Part shown: one piece after another, positions 9,296-18,267 of the stretch | Numbering within the stretch: position 1 is the first letter of the stretch | Layout: every line of letters starts with the position of its first letter | Origin: a virus | Lineage: Duplodnaviria; Caudoviricetes | Virus record (IMG/VR): IMGVR_UViG_3300012943_000006 | Span: 1-57,985 of that record | Direction: 5' to 3' (one strand) | DNA: 57,985 bases | Translations under genes and position numbers: made by a program | The notes under the pieces: model-generated | What the model was told of the DNA's origin: nothing | The model's input: only the letters and a program-made list of their open reading frames with translations | The model's database searches: none

Positions 9296-9768
9296 CAGTC
9301 CTCCGACGGAGGGTCTGGCTGTATGCCGAACAGCCGGGAGAACGGATGGGCGGCCATCGCCTCTCGCGCCTCGCCCAGCTTGTGCAAGACGTCGTACAGG
9401 GCTTCCTCCAGCGTGTCGCAGACGTGTAGGTCCCAGGTCATCAGCGCGTGGCCGACGTCACCGACCACCCACACCGCTGTCTGTTGCGACAACGCGAACT
9501 CGATCTCGCGGATGGTGCCGAACCCCCGGCCCGGTCCGGACAGGTTCGCGATCAACGCGTGGCTCTGGTTGATCGCCTCGCGGTTCATCCGGTCGACCGC
9601 CGGGAAGCTCATCGTGTTGACGTTCAGATAGGCGTGTGCCGGTGAGAAGAACGCCACCCCGGACGGTGCCAGTCGACCAAGCTCCTCGCGCCAGCCTCGA
9701 GCCGTGTCCTGGTCGACGTCGTCCTGCGGGCCTGCCAGGTAGATAAGAACCGGATGGATCACGGCCAT
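9295..9768 (-). CDS. nucleoside 2-deoxyribosyltransferase / dNMP N-glycosidase family
   Basis: IYLAGP, WRE, FSP, GTIREIEFA (catalytic Glu). Confidence 0.85.
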   Translation of the reverse strand: MAVIHPVLIYLAGPQDDVDQDTARGWREELGRLAPSGVAFFSPAHAYLNVNTMSFPAVDRMNREAINQSHALIANLSGPGRGFGTIREIEFALSQQTAVWVVGDVGHALMTWDLHVCDTLEEALYDVLHKLGEAREAMAAHPFSRLFGIQPDPPSED

Positions 9769-10238
9769 TCGCCCGTCTCCTGAATCCGCCGGGCCATCAT
9801 CGCGTAGACCGACAGGTCGAACCACGTGTCCGGCTTACCCTGCTTACCCTGCTTGTAATCGGAGATCAGGCGGCTGATCTTTCCCAGGGCATAGAACCAG
9901 CACGCCAGTTCGAGCTTCACCGGCTCCGGCGCGTCATGCAGCCCGGCAAGCTCAGCCAGCGCGTAGCCCATGGTCCGCAGGTCGCTCGACCCGCCCTGCG
10001 CTCCGCCGTACTCGTGCATCTTCGGGATGGTCTTCTCGTAGTCGGTCTGCGCGGTCTGCCTCCACCAAAGCTCGGTGTTCGGCTCAGCCTTGTGCTCGTC
10101 GACCTGGGGGAGGCTCAACCAGCACGCCGCGTGGAGTCGCTGGCCGGTCTGCCCGTTGGTGTACGTCGGCCCGTGCTCCGGGATCGGCTCCCCGCAATCG
10201 TTGCAAACGTACTCGACTCTAACGTCCGCTGCTCCCAA
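9759..10238 (-). CDS. nucleotide-modification-associated alpha-helical protein (DUF1599/Nmad1, MazG-like) with N-terminal Zn finger
   Basis: K..EYG, GKISRL, DTWFDLSVYAMM; CNDCGEPI...HAAC. Confidence 0.7.
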   Translation of the reverse strand: MGAADVRVEYVCNDCGEPIPEHGPTYTNGQTGQRLHAACWLSLPQVDEHKAEPNTELWWRQTAQTDYEKTIPKMHEYGGAQGGSSDLRTMGYALAELAGLHDAPEPVKLELACWFYALGKISRLISDYKQGKQGKPDTWFDLSVYAMMARRIQETGEWP

Positions 10239-10647
10239 AACCGTTCACCCCCCTCTCGCTCGTCGACAACTCCCGGACCTCGTGCCAGTGCACGGTCGGT
10301 ACCGGCAAGAAAAGCAGCTGCGCCAGCCGCTCACCAGATCTGATCTGCACCGGCTTGTTGCCAGGGTTGTAGACGCAGGTGAACAGTTCCCCCCGGAACC
10401 CGGCGTCGATCACACCCTCGATCACCATGAGCTTGCGCTTCCTGACCGTGCTAGAGCGGCCCACGATCCTGCCCCACCAGCCGGGGGGCATCCCGATCGC
10501 GAACCCCGCCGCCACGTCAACCGTCGTGTCCGGCGGCACCCACACAGACTCGACGCACGCCAGGTCGAACCCGGCATCCGTGTCGTACGCCTTGACCGGC
10601 ATCGAAGCCAGCTGGCCCAGCTGGATCTCGATCTGCAGGCTGCTCAT
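10219..10647 (-). CDS. dut: trimeric dUTPase
   Basis: DAGFDL, GRSS, GVIDAGFRGE, RLAQL, RGVNGFGSSG. Confidence 0.95.
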   Translation of the reverse strand: MSSLQIEIQLGQLASMPVKAYDTDAGFDLACVESVWVPPDTTVDVAAGFAIGMPPGWWGRIVGRSSTVRKRKLMVIEGVIDAGFRGELFTCVYNPGNKPVQIRSGERLAQLLFLPVPTVHWHEVRELSTSERGVNGFGSSGR

Positions 10648-11666
10648 CGGAAGCTCTTCCACCGCCACGCGATCGTCTGCGGACCGGTGCCGATCCCGAC
10701 CACCAACGTGCCGGTGTCGTCCTCCGCGTCGTGGATCCACGACAGCTGCTCCTCTGTCAACTCGCCCCAATCTGTCATTCCTTCCGTCTCTGGGAACAGG
10801 TAGTCAAAGAACGTGACCACCAGCACCGCTGGCTTGTTCAACCGCACGGCCTCCGCCACCCATTCGGGGTGCCACTGCCCCACCCGGCGGACCTTCAACG
10901 TCACCGTGGTCCGCTCCTCCGGCACCCCTACCTCGGCCCACGATGTCTCGAGTGGCAACGGGCCGGAGTTCCCGGCTACCCGGATCGGGAACGTCCTCGC
11001 GACCAAGATCGTCTCCGTGAAGTTCCCCGGGCTGAGACCAGCGTCGGCCAGCAGCTGCGCCGCGTTCGTGTCCGCCGACGTGACGTACGGCCACACGCCG
11101 TGGGTCAAGCTCAGCATCGACCCCTGCGTCCCTTCGAGCAGAACATCGTCGTTCTCCCGATAGTCGTACTGACGGCAGATCGAGCCAAGCTCCTCCACGT
11201 CCTGAGCCTGGACGGTTGCGAACTCCGGACCACGCAGCAGCGACCGCCGCGAGATCTTCGCCACCCGGGCCATCCCCACACCCTCGCCGGTCGACCCGAT
11301 CGTCTGATGCGCCCGGCCGTCCGTGCCACCCTCGTGCTGGTGTTGCGCGTCGGTGACACAGACAGCCCGGGGGTCGACGTACATCCTGTTGCGGACGAAG
11401 AACCCGGCGGCCTCCACCTGCTCGATCTCCTCCAGCAGCAGCTTCCAGTCGAGCACCGCCCCCGGGCCGATCACCAGCTTCGCCTCCGGGTTCACCCACC
11501 CGCACGGCAACCCACGTGCCACCCACTTCTGCTCGTCGTGGTAGAACGTGTGCCCGGCGTTTGGCCCGCCGGTGCGGACATGGACGTTGTATTGGCTGGC
11601 GATCGCCGCGACGACAGCGCCCTTGCCCTCGCTCCCGGCCTGCGCCCCGACCACGGCCGTGATCAC
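10644..11666 (-). CDS. purZ: PurZ0-like succinoamino-deoxyadenylate synthetase (PurA paralog)
   Basis: GAQAGSEGKG (Ser at the PurA Asp13 position), GGPNAGHT, GSTGEGVG, EGTQG, PYVTS, PIRVAGNSGPL, RTTVT..VRRVG, TFFD; short 340-aa form. Confidence 0.85.
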   Translation of the reverse strand: MITAVVGAQAGSEGKGAVVAAIASQYNVHVRTGGPNAGHTFYHDEQKWVARGLPCGWVNPEAKLVIGPGAVLDWKLLLEEIEQVEAAGFFVRNRMYVDPRAVCVTDAQHQHEGGTDGRAHQTIGSTGEGVGMARVAKISRRSLLRGPEFATVQAQDVEELGSICRQYDYRENDDVLLEGTQGSMLSLTHGVWPYVTSADTNAAQLLADAGLSPGNFTETILVARTFPIRVAGNSGPLPLETSWAEVGVPEERTTVTLKVRRVGQWHPEWVAEAVRLNKPAVLVVTFFDYLFPETEGMTDWGELTEEQLSWIHDAEDDTGTLVVGIGTGPQTIAWRWKSFR

Positions 11667-11842
11667 TGTGCGGCCATCTTCTCGTCGATCAGGTCGCGCA
11701 GCCACGACGAACGGTTGATGAACGGCATCTCCCCCGCTTCCTGCTTTGCGGCCTTGAGCCTCAGTATCGCCACCTGGTCGTCGATGTACTTCACCTGCTC
11801 AGGTGTCAGAACGAACTGCCGCTTTAGCTGGATTGGCAACAT
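11663..11842 (-). CDS. ribbon-helix-helix-like DNA-binding protein
   Basis: RQFVLTPEQVKYIDD...NRSSWLRDLID; RBS GGAGG. Confidence 0.6.
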   Translation of the reverse strand: MLPIQLKRQFVLTPEQVKYIDDQVAILRLKAAKQEAGEMPFINRSSWLRDLIDEKMAAQ

Positions 11843-11868
11843 AACCTCCGATCGTGGTAGGTAGGTAC

Positions 11869-11877
11869 AGCGTAGCA
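11869..11877 (-). promoter_or_regulatory. extended -10 promoter (TGC-TACGCT) for the RHH-purZ operon
   Basis: TGnTAnnnT in a short intergenic gap. Confidence 0.5.
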
Positions 11878-11879
11878 CG

Positions 11880-12368
11880 CTAGCTGGACGGCCGTACCCA
11901 CGCGGTCTCCGGCATGATCCCGATCTCGTCCGCCTCGGCCAACGTGTAACGCGGGTCGTCGTGGTACTTCGGCCCATCGACGATCTGCTCCGGGAACACC
12001 CGCCAGTCCCCCTGGGCCAGACGCTTTTTCAGGTCTTCGATAGCCGCCCCCTCCGCCCTCGCACGCTTCCACCTGCCCACCCACTCCGGCGCACCGGCGA
12101 CCGGCAGACCGTACTGGTCGGTCGCGACCACCGGGTTGTGGTTCTGAGACAGCACGCCCTTCGCAGCGCGATAGAAATGTCTGAACTGGTTGATCGTGGG
12201 GAACCTGTCCTCGCCGGTTGCCCAGCGGAGAGCTACCTTGGTCGCCACCTCCGCATCGTACGGCTCGAGAATCTCCACCCACAGATCGATCGTCGGCTGC
12301 TCCATCGTCTCGCGGTGGAACGCCGCCAGCAGGATGTTCAAGATCTCGTTCGCCTCGCTGGTCTTCAC
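11880..12368 (-). CDS. replicative helicase loader/inhibitor (G39P-like)
   Basis: M...EA..IL..L.AAF...W..IL..YD...FPTI pattern; follows the Rep initiator. Confidence 0.65.
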   Translation of the reverse strand: MKTSEANEILNILLAAFHRETMEQPTIDLWVEILEPYDAEVATKVALRWATGEDRFPTINQFRHFYRAAKGVLSQNHNPVVATDQYGLPVAGAPEWVGRWKRARAEGAAIEDLKKRLAQGDWRVFPEQIVDGPKYHDDPRYTLAEADEIGIMPETAWVRPSS

Positions 12369-13156
12369 CGGCCCTGCCTCCTTAGCTCGTCAGCCTTCTG
12401 GCGCAGATCGTCGGTTGTGACCCCTCGACCAAAGCGACGACCAGGGCGGGACGTGTGCCCCGCGCCTGGCGGCGACTCGGTGAGAGCGGACTCGAAGACT
12501 GCACCATTCCCGTAGATCAGAGCAGGCGACGGCGGCCCTGTCCACCACGGGTCACCGGCCAGCACCCGGCCGATCACAGCGGCGTGCGCGTCCAGGTCCA
12601 TCTCCGGGTACTCCCTGACCCGCATCACGATCTTGCGGATCCACTCCACCGACCGCAGATCCTGCCCGGCCATCGCGTTCCAGGTCGCCAGCACCGACCG
12701 GGCCAGGTCTATCTCCGGGTCGCTCACCGGCCGTCGATCGACCTGCAGCCGTGGGGGGAGTTCTGGGGGGTGGTTGCCGTTTGACGGTTCCTGTGAAAAG
12801 GGGAACGCGCGCGCCACCGCACGCGTGGTGGCCTCCGGCCGGGGGCCACCGTGGCCTCCGGTACCAGGGGCCACCGTGGCCTCCGGTTGGGGGAGGGTCA
12901 GCATGTAGAAGGTAAGCCCGTAGTGGCCGCCGTCGGTGCGCTCTCGACGACGGCAGATGAACCCCTCCGCCTCCAGCCAGGCGAGCTTCCGTTTGACCGT
13001 CCGCTCCGGGATCTCAGTGTCCAGGGAGATCCGCTTGATCGCAGGCCAAGACACCCCCTCGTCGTTGGCGAAGTCAGCGAGCTTGACCAGGACAGCTTTG
13101 GCGATATGATCACCGATTCGGGCGTCGAAAACCCGGGTGATCAGTCGGACGCTCAT
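12365..13156 (-). CDS. replication initiator (HTH_36-type)
   Basis: KAVLVKLADFANDEGVSWPAIKRIS...ERTVKRKL..LEAEGFI; contains internal iterons. Confidence 0.85.
   Translation of the reverse strand: MSVRLITRVFDARIGDHIAKAVLVKLADFANDEGVSWPAIKRISLDTEIPERTVKRKLAWLEAEGFICRRRERTDGGHYGLTFYMLTLPQPEATVAPGTGGHGGPRPEATTRAVARAFPFSQEPSNGNHPPELPPRLQVDRRPVSDPEIDLARSVLATWNAMAGQDLRSVEWIRKIVMRVREYPEMDLDAHAAVIGRVLAGDPWWTGPPSPALIYGNGAVFESALTESPPGAGHTSRPGRRFGRGVTTDDLRQKADELRRQGR
12828..12887. repeat. iteron-like repeats, putative replication origin
   Basis: GGGGCCACCGTGGCCTCCGGT exact at 12842-12862 and 12867-12887; partial GTGGCCTCCGG at 12828; inside the initiator gene, like lambda O. Confidence 0.75.
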
Positions 13157-13473
13157 CCCCCGATCTCTGACGGCAGCAGCCGCGCGGCCGTATCCTCGTC
13201 CGCTGTCAACAACGCATACAACCCGTGGTGTAACGCCATGTACTTCCAGTGCCGGTCGCCCACCTGGGGAAGCTCCGACCCACTGCCCTCGAGCGGCGCA
13301 TCCCACATCGGCTTGAACCGCTCGACGAACTGGATCAGCAGATCGTCCAGGACGCCCTCCTCCCCCAACGGGACAGAGATCACCAGCTTCGCCCGTTTCG
13401 GACGGGTAGACTCGTCGGTCGTGGCCGTTTCTTTGATCTTCTGGCCACACGAGGGACACTCCGCTGCTGCCAT
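13153..13473 (-). CDS. hypothetical protein
   Basis: N-terminal CPSCGQ; coupled at both ends. Confidence 0.6.
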   Translation of the reverse strand: MAAAECPSCGQKIKETATTDESTRPKRAKLVISVPLGEEGVLDDLLIQFVERFKPMWDAPLEGSGSELPQVGDRHWKYMALHHGLYALLTADEDTAARLLPSEIGG

Positions 13474-13865
13474 CACATCACCACCTTTAGAGGACCGACA
13501 GGGACCCACAGCGCGCCGACCTTGTCGACGACCGCGCCGGGGGCACCGGCACCTGCGGGGGCGGGAGCATACCACACCCACCCGTCGCCCTCCAAGTAGC
13601 GGATCCAGCCCCGGTGCCCGCCGACCCCGCCAGTGACCATCGCGTGGTGGACGTGGCAAAGATAGCGCTTGTTGTAGAGGACCACTCCGTTGATGGCGAC
13701 CCAGTCGACCGGCCCGCCTGTCTCTGACCGGCGCACCACGTGGTGTGGCTCCAGCCCCCCCCGGTTCGCGCATTTCGGGAACGCGCACACCGTCTCGCGC
13801 ACAGGCTCCGGCCCGTGGTGGTCGACGACCAAGATCTCGCTCTTCATCGCTGGTAGTAAGGTCAT
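13473..13865 (-). CDS. HNH endonuclease-like protein
   Basis: CAFPKC...HHVVRRS.TGG...N..LCHVHH. Confidence 0.75.
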   Translation of the reverse strand: MTLLPAMKSEILVVDHHGPEPVRETVCAFPKCANRGGLEPHHVVRRSETGGPVDWVAINGVVLYNKRYLCHVHHAMVTGGVGGHRGWIRYLEGDGWVWYAPAPAGAGAPGAVVDKVGALWVPVGPLKVVM

Positions 13866-13885
13866 GTTGCCTCCAGAGATAACGG

Positions 13886-13914
13886 GGGCCGGGCTGCCGT
13901 AAACAGCCCGGCCC
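13886..13914 (-). terminator. GC-rich hairpin after the SSB gene
   Basis: GGGCCGGGCTG-N7-CAGCCCGGCCC 11-bp inverted repeat. Confidence 0.6.
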
Positions 13915-13942
13915 TCTGGCCCGATCCTAGGAAGGTGGCGAC

Positions 13943-14425
13943 CTAGAACGGGATGTCTGCGTCGACCGGCCCGGAGTCGACGTGCTTGCCGTGGACCCCG
14001 TTGATGAACACCTGCTTGAACGTCTTCGACTCGCCGGGCTTGTCCTTCACCCTAATGTCGCAAACGACGTCGTCGAACAGTCCCGATTCGACGACCTTGC
14101 GGAAGTTGCGGAGCGACCCAGGCTTGTCGGCGTCCTCCCACCCCAGCTGCTGGGCGATGCCCTTGGCCAGAGACTCGCCCATCTTGTGCTCCAAGTCGTA
14201 ACGCATCGGCTGCGTCCCCATCTCGTGATGGTGCACACCTGGAGAAATCGCCTCGTACTCGACATACCAGGTCCACGGGTTCGGCTCCCACGGTGCCCTC
14301 TCCACTCTGGAGACCGCGATCTTCGCCTGGTAGTCGTCGGCCCGCAACTCGCGACCGCTGCCGAACGGCTGGATCTCGTCCCACTGCTCCACGAACTCCT
14401 CGATATCCTCTTCATAGGTGCTCAT
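13943..14425 (-). CDS. single-stranded DNA-binding protein (DUF669-like)
   Basis: Acidic; C-terminal DADIPF; follows the AAA ATPase. Confidence 0.7.
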   Translation of the reverse strand: MSTYEEDIEEFVEQWDEIQPFGSGRELRADDYQAKIAVSRVERAPWEPNPWTWYVEYEAISPGVHHHEMGTQPMRYDLEHKMGESLAKGIAQQLGWEDADKPGSLRNFRKVVESGLFDDVVCDIRVKDKPGESKTFKQVFINGVHGKHVDSGPVDADIPF

Positions 14426-15264
14426 TCATTCACCTTTCCCCAGGCGTCTGCTAGCGCCTGATAACCGTTGGTCCCCAGGGGCCACGCCACCTGCTCCGGC
14501 AGCATCGGGTTCTCCCCGCGCTCCTTCGCCTCGTGGTACGGGTTGGGCTTCGTGTAGATGGTGCGGCCGTCCTCATCCTCTTCGTGATCGAGGAACAGGA
14601 TCAGGTCGGCATTCTGGATCAGCTTCGAGCCGAGCGCGCCAGGCAGATCCGGCACCCACCGGTCGTAGACTGCTCTGCGGGTCTTGATCTCGACCGTCTT
14701 CGAGTGGGCCACCCAGATCACCCCGAAATCGGGGAGGGACGACAACGTTGTCATCCTTGGCACGAACTCGGCTTTGACGGCATCCCATCCTTGGCCGTAA
14801 CCGGCCTGGCTTTCGTGCGAGATCCCCATGTTCGCGTTGCTCGAAGCACGCACGTAAGCGAACAAAGCGTCGACGGTGTCGATCACCACACCCTTGAACC
14901 GTTTCGTTCCTTTCTGATCCTCGAGGACCGCGTGCCCGGCGTCTCGGAACTCAGCCCAGTCCGCCACAGGCACGCTGTAGACATCCAGCCCCTTCAACTC
15001 ACCGGCGCAGTCGAGGAACAGGAAACCGGGGAACTGGGACGCCAGCGTGCTCTTCCCGATCCCCGGTGCCCCGTGGAGCAGGATCGAAGACGTCTCGAGC
15101 GCCCTCCCCGTGCCCGTCGTGGACGTGGGTAGCTCCGGGATGGGTCTTCGCGGCTTCCCGCGCCCTCCGGTTGCGCCAGGAGCCTCCGGCGGTCCGCTCT
15201 GCCCTCCCCCGGCGAGAGCCTCTTCGAGAGGCTCCCCAACGTCAGCGCGACGTGGTCTTGCCAT
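14422..15264 (-). CDS. AAA_24 / Sak4-like ATPase (recombination)
   Basis: ILLHGAPGIGKST, VVIDTVD, GYGQGW, VAHS, ADLILF. Confidence 0.88.
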   Translation of the reverse strand: MARPRRADVGEPLEEALAGGGQSGPPEAPGATGGRGKPRRPIPELPTSTTGTGRALETSSILLHGAPGIGKSTLASQFPGFLFLDCAGELKGLDVYSVPVADWAEFRDAGHAVLEDQKGTKRFKGVVIDTVDALFAYVRASSNANMGISHESQAGYGQGWDAVKAEFVPRMTTLSSLPDFGVIWVAHSKTVEIKTRRAVYDRWVPDLPGALGSKLIQNADLILFLDHEEDEDGRTIYTKPNPYHEAKERGENPMLPEQVAWPLGTNGYQALADAWGKVNE

Positions 15265-15301
15265 ACCTACCTCCATTCGTCATACCTGTACGGGAGCGGC
15301 C

Positions 15302-15331
15302 AGCCTAGCACACCGGTCAGACGGCGCACAA
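15302..15331 (-). promoter_or_regulatory. sigmaA-type promoter TTGTGC-N18-TAGGCT with TG extension
   Basis: Intergenic, upstream of the AAA ATPase. Confidence 0.55.
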
Positions 15332-15348
15332 GCTCGCCTCGCTCTTGA

Positions 15349-15978
15349 CTACAAGCCCCACGCCCGGAGCACCTCCCGGGGGTAGCGCTCCAGCCGCGTG
15401 CCCAGAGGGTGCGGCTTGATCGAACCGGGCAAGATGTGCAACACGTCCGTTCCCCGTGCGACCAGCGCGTCCGCGACGATCTGCCGGTGACACTTCCACC
15501 ACAGCACCTCCGAGCAGAGTATCGCGACCGCACGCCTGTCCCGCTCGAGTTGCTCGAGTGCTGTTTGGAACTCTGGCAACGCGGTGAACCACGCATAATC
15601 ATGAAGCCCCTGCGAGGTCCACAGACTCTGGCGGTCCGGATCCTCGCCTAGGCGCAACTGCCCCGTCGCCTTCAGTTTCTTCGAAATGTGGTCCTTCGGG
15701 AAGAACCCGCGAAGGTAACGGTCGAGCCGCACCCCGCGCTCAGCCGCCCAGTCCCGGAACTCGGAATGGCGCACGTCCCACCCGCCCAGCCCCGGCGCGC
15801 TCTCGCTGCCAAACCCGAACATCGGCAACCACACGTCCATCCGCTCACCGCGCCACTGGGGCCACTTGCTGCTGCGATGAGAGCGTATGTCGACGATCAC
15901 CTCCACCCCCGCGCCATGAGCGATCTCGACAAACCGCTCAGATTCGTGGGTGGAGTGACCAATGGTATAGATAGGCAT
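15349..15978 (-). CDS. DUF488 family protein
   Basis: IYTIGHST, IVDIRS, LGG, ILCSE..WWKCHR.IVADAL. Confidence 0.9.
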   Translation of the reverse strand: MPIYTIGHSTHESERFVEIAHGAGVEVIVDIRSHRSSKWPQWRGERMDVWLPMFGFGSESAPGLGGWDVRHSEFRDWAAERGVRLDRYLRGFFPKDHISKKLKATGQLRLGEDPDRQSLWTSQGLHDYAWFTALPEFQTALEQLERDRRAVAILCSEVLWWKCHRQIVADALVARGTDVLHILPGSIKPHPLGTRLERYPREVLRAWGL

Positions 15979-16023
15979 ACCGGCTATCCAAGCACTCCGT
16001 CAGCCGCTCTACAACTCCGGGTT

Positions 16024-16269
16024 TCAGGGCGGTGGCGGATCGTCTCGCTCGTGGCTCTTCACTTCGTCCGTCCTGGGCAACGGATCCCACGGCCCGTACT
16101 TACCGAATGACTTCAGCTTGTTCGCGATCGCCGCGATCTCCTGCTGCTCCCAGTATGGCGGACAGTCCTCGCGTTGGAAGAACTCCCACAGTGCTTGCGA
16201 CTCGGAGATCGAAAGCTCCACCCCACGGTTCTCCTCGCGTTCGCGCCACTCAAGCGTGAGATCGGTCAT
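16024..16269 (-). CDS. hypothetical protein
   Basis: ATGA coupling to the exonuclease. Confidence 0.55.
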   Translation of the reverse strand: MTDLTLEWREREENRGVELSISESQALWEFFQREDCPPYWEQQEIAAIANKLKSFGKYGPWDPLPRTDEVKSHERDDPPPP

Positions 16270-17261
16270 CGCTTCAACTCCGGGTTGTCTTCACCGACAA
16301 CGTACAGCGACTCCGCGCCCTCGCGGTGGGAGCAAAGCGGGATGAACTCGCACCCGCCGTACTTCTCACACCGGCCGTCGTTGCGCGGGAACGCCTGCGC
16401 CAACGGCAGCCGCTTGAGCATCGCGCGCGACTCGAGGATCTCTGTTGCCGTGCGCCACCGCTCGTTCCGGTGCTCCTCCAGGTGAGCAGCGGAGAACTGC
16501 AGCCGCTGCACATCGAAATAGAACTCCGGCCGATCCTGGATGTCGATCTGCAGCCGCTCCCCGAAATCGTCCAGGCTTTCCGCCGGGACATCCGGCTTAG
16601 TCTTGTACGTCTTCGCCTTCTCCGGGTTGATCCCCGGAACCCGGGTGTGTCGGTACTCCACCTCCGCCGTCCACCCCTGGGACGCCAACGCGTCGACGTA
16701 CTCGGTGATCTGAGCGTCAAGCGGCAGCTTGTCCAGCATCACCTTCTGGATCTGGCCGGTGAACTTGTCCTCGATAATCCGAGCGTGCTTCGGTCCGGCG
16801 ACGACCAGGCCGTCGATCTTGCCGCCGACTCTGAACGACTTCGAGTACCCGCCTGTTACCGGGTTGCGCAACGGCACCTGGAAGATCACCTCGCGCCGCT
16901 GGTCGATCCCATAACGATTGATGTAAGCCACCGCCATTTCGGTGACTTTCACCATCTCGACCATCAACTCGTCGTGTTCCTCTGTAGACGTGATCTCGAG
17001 CGACGAATAGTACTCTTCGGTCCACCCCTCGATCGCGTCTCGAATCATCCGCCTGGTCGTGACCCCACGCTCTGCAGCGGCCTCCTCGATGCCGGTGTCC
17101 TGCGCCAGTGTTTGCACGCCGAACAACGCCGACCCGAAGATCGTCCCCCGGCGCAACCCCCCGCGCTGTAGTCTCGGTACCAGCCTGCGCTCATACCTGT
17201 TGAAGAAGTATCGCGGGCACCCCCTATACCCGCGATACTTCGACTGCGTCAACGTCTCCAT
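16266..17261 (-). CDS. PD-(D/E)XK RecB/Cas4-like exonuclease
   Basis: S...Y..CPR, GKIDGL, IEDKF, Q...Y, C..YGGCEFIPLC. Confidence 0.9.
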   Translation of the reverse strand: METLTQSKYRGYRGCPRYFFNRYERRLVPRLQRGGLRRGTIFGSALFGVQTLAQDTGIEEAAAERGVTTRRMIRDAIEGWTEEYYSSLEITSTEEHDELMVEMVKVTEMAVAYINRYGIDQRREVIFQVPLRNPVTGGYSKSFRVGGKIDGLVVAGPKHARIIEDKFTGQIQKVMLDKLPLDAQITEYVDALASQGWTAEVEYRHTRVPGINPEKAKTYKTKPDVPAESLDDFGERLQIDIQDRPEFYFDVQRLQFSAAHLEEHRNERWRTATEILESRAMLKRLPLAQAFPRNDGRCEKYGGCEFIPLCSHREGAESLYVVGEDNPELKR

Positions 17262-17866
17262 CAGTCCTGCTCCACCTCCAGCCGGATCCCCAGGTGCGCC
17301 AAGGTCTCCGTTAGCGTTGTCAAGTCGAGCACCAGCTTGACGCTGGTCGACGCCGTCACCGGCAGCGGCTCCGGCTCGAGTGCCTCGAGCTTCGCCTCTG
17401 TCTGCTGCGACCGCGCCCACTCTCGCCACGCGATCGACAGCAACCGCACCGTCCAAGGTGCAGGGTTCTTCGTCTTACCCTGCCCGATCGCGTGGATCGC
17501 CCCCTCCGCCGAATCGGCCGTCGAGTAGATCCGCAGCCCGCGCACCTCTCCCAGCTGCTGCGCGAACCGGGCAAACGCCGCTACCTGCCTGCGCTTGCGC
17601 AGGCCGGTGAAGTGCGCCGCCAGGTCCGGCACCGGGATCGGCCTGTAGGGCTTCCTGGGCTTGGTGTTCACACCCGGGGTGATCCCCGATCGGCGCAGGT
17701 CGGCCAGGACGTTGTCGCGCCACCGAGGGTCACTCGGCGTGGACGACATCGACGTGACGAACTGGCCGTTGCGATAGACCTTCAGGTGGCCGCTGCCACC
17801 AGGTTCCACTGTGACCCCCGCCATGTCGACCAACGAGGACACCAGGATTCTCACGTCTTTGTTCAT
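17261..17866 (-). CDS. HicA-like domain protein with C-terminal extension
   Basis: V..GGSGHLKV...STPSDPR..DN..ADLRRSG matches actinophage HicA-like proteins. Confidence 0.65.
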   Translation of the reverse strand: MNKDVRILVSSLVDMAGVTVEPGGSGHLKVYRNGQFVTSMSSTPSDPRWRDNVLADLRRSGITPGVNTKPRKPYRPIPVPDLAAHFTGLRKRRQVAAFARFAQQLGEVRGLRIYSTADSAEGAIHAIGQGKTKNPAPWTVRLLSIAWREWARSQQTEAKLEALEPEPLPVTASTSVKLVLDLTTLTETLAHLGIRLEVEQD

Positions 17867-18267
17867 CGCCGTCCGCTCCTGATATGGAACCAGTCGGCGA
17901 TGAACCCCGGGATCTCGCCTGGTCGAGCGAGCCGAAGCTGCTCGTCGTCGTGCATGTGGTTGTAGATCGCGATCTGTCGGTCGCGGGTCACACCTTCGCG
18001 GCCGGTGCAGACGATCGCCTGGACCTCCGTGTCCGGAGCGTTGCCACAGTGACGGCACGGCTCACCCAGGCGCACGTAACGTTTGAAGATCGTGTCGTGC
18101 TTCGCCGGGATGCCCTTGACCGCGTCGGTGTTGCGGTAGATCAGCAGGTCGTGCCCCTGCTCCAACGTCCAGGTGGGGGTGGGCCAGATCAGGTCCCCGA
18201 TCCCCGCGAAGTCCCTCAGCTTTCCGGGTCGGGGTCCAGGATCGAAGAGCGGCCGTTGTTCTGCCAT
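17863..18267 (-). CDS. hypothetical protein
   Basis: RBS; CRHC; ATGA coupling downstream. Confidence 0.65.
   Translation of the reverse strand: MAEQRPLFDPGPRPGKLRDFAGIGDLIWPTPTWTLEQGHDLLIYRNTDAVKGIPAKHDTIFKRYVRLGEPCRHCGNAPDTEVQAIVCTGREGVTRDRQIAIYNHMHDDEQLRLARPGEIPGFIADWFHIRSGRR

Noticed and set aside
10644-11666. Ordinary purA auxiliary metabolic gene
   Set aside because: Asp13 position is Ser and the neighbours are nucleotide-modification genes, favouring PurZ0
13473-13865. HNH as an intron or homing element
   Set aside because: Free-standing with its own RBS; does not interrupt a gene
16266-17261. Cas4-like nuclease as a CRISPR component
   Set aside because: Sits in the standard exonuclease-ATPase-SSB recombination module
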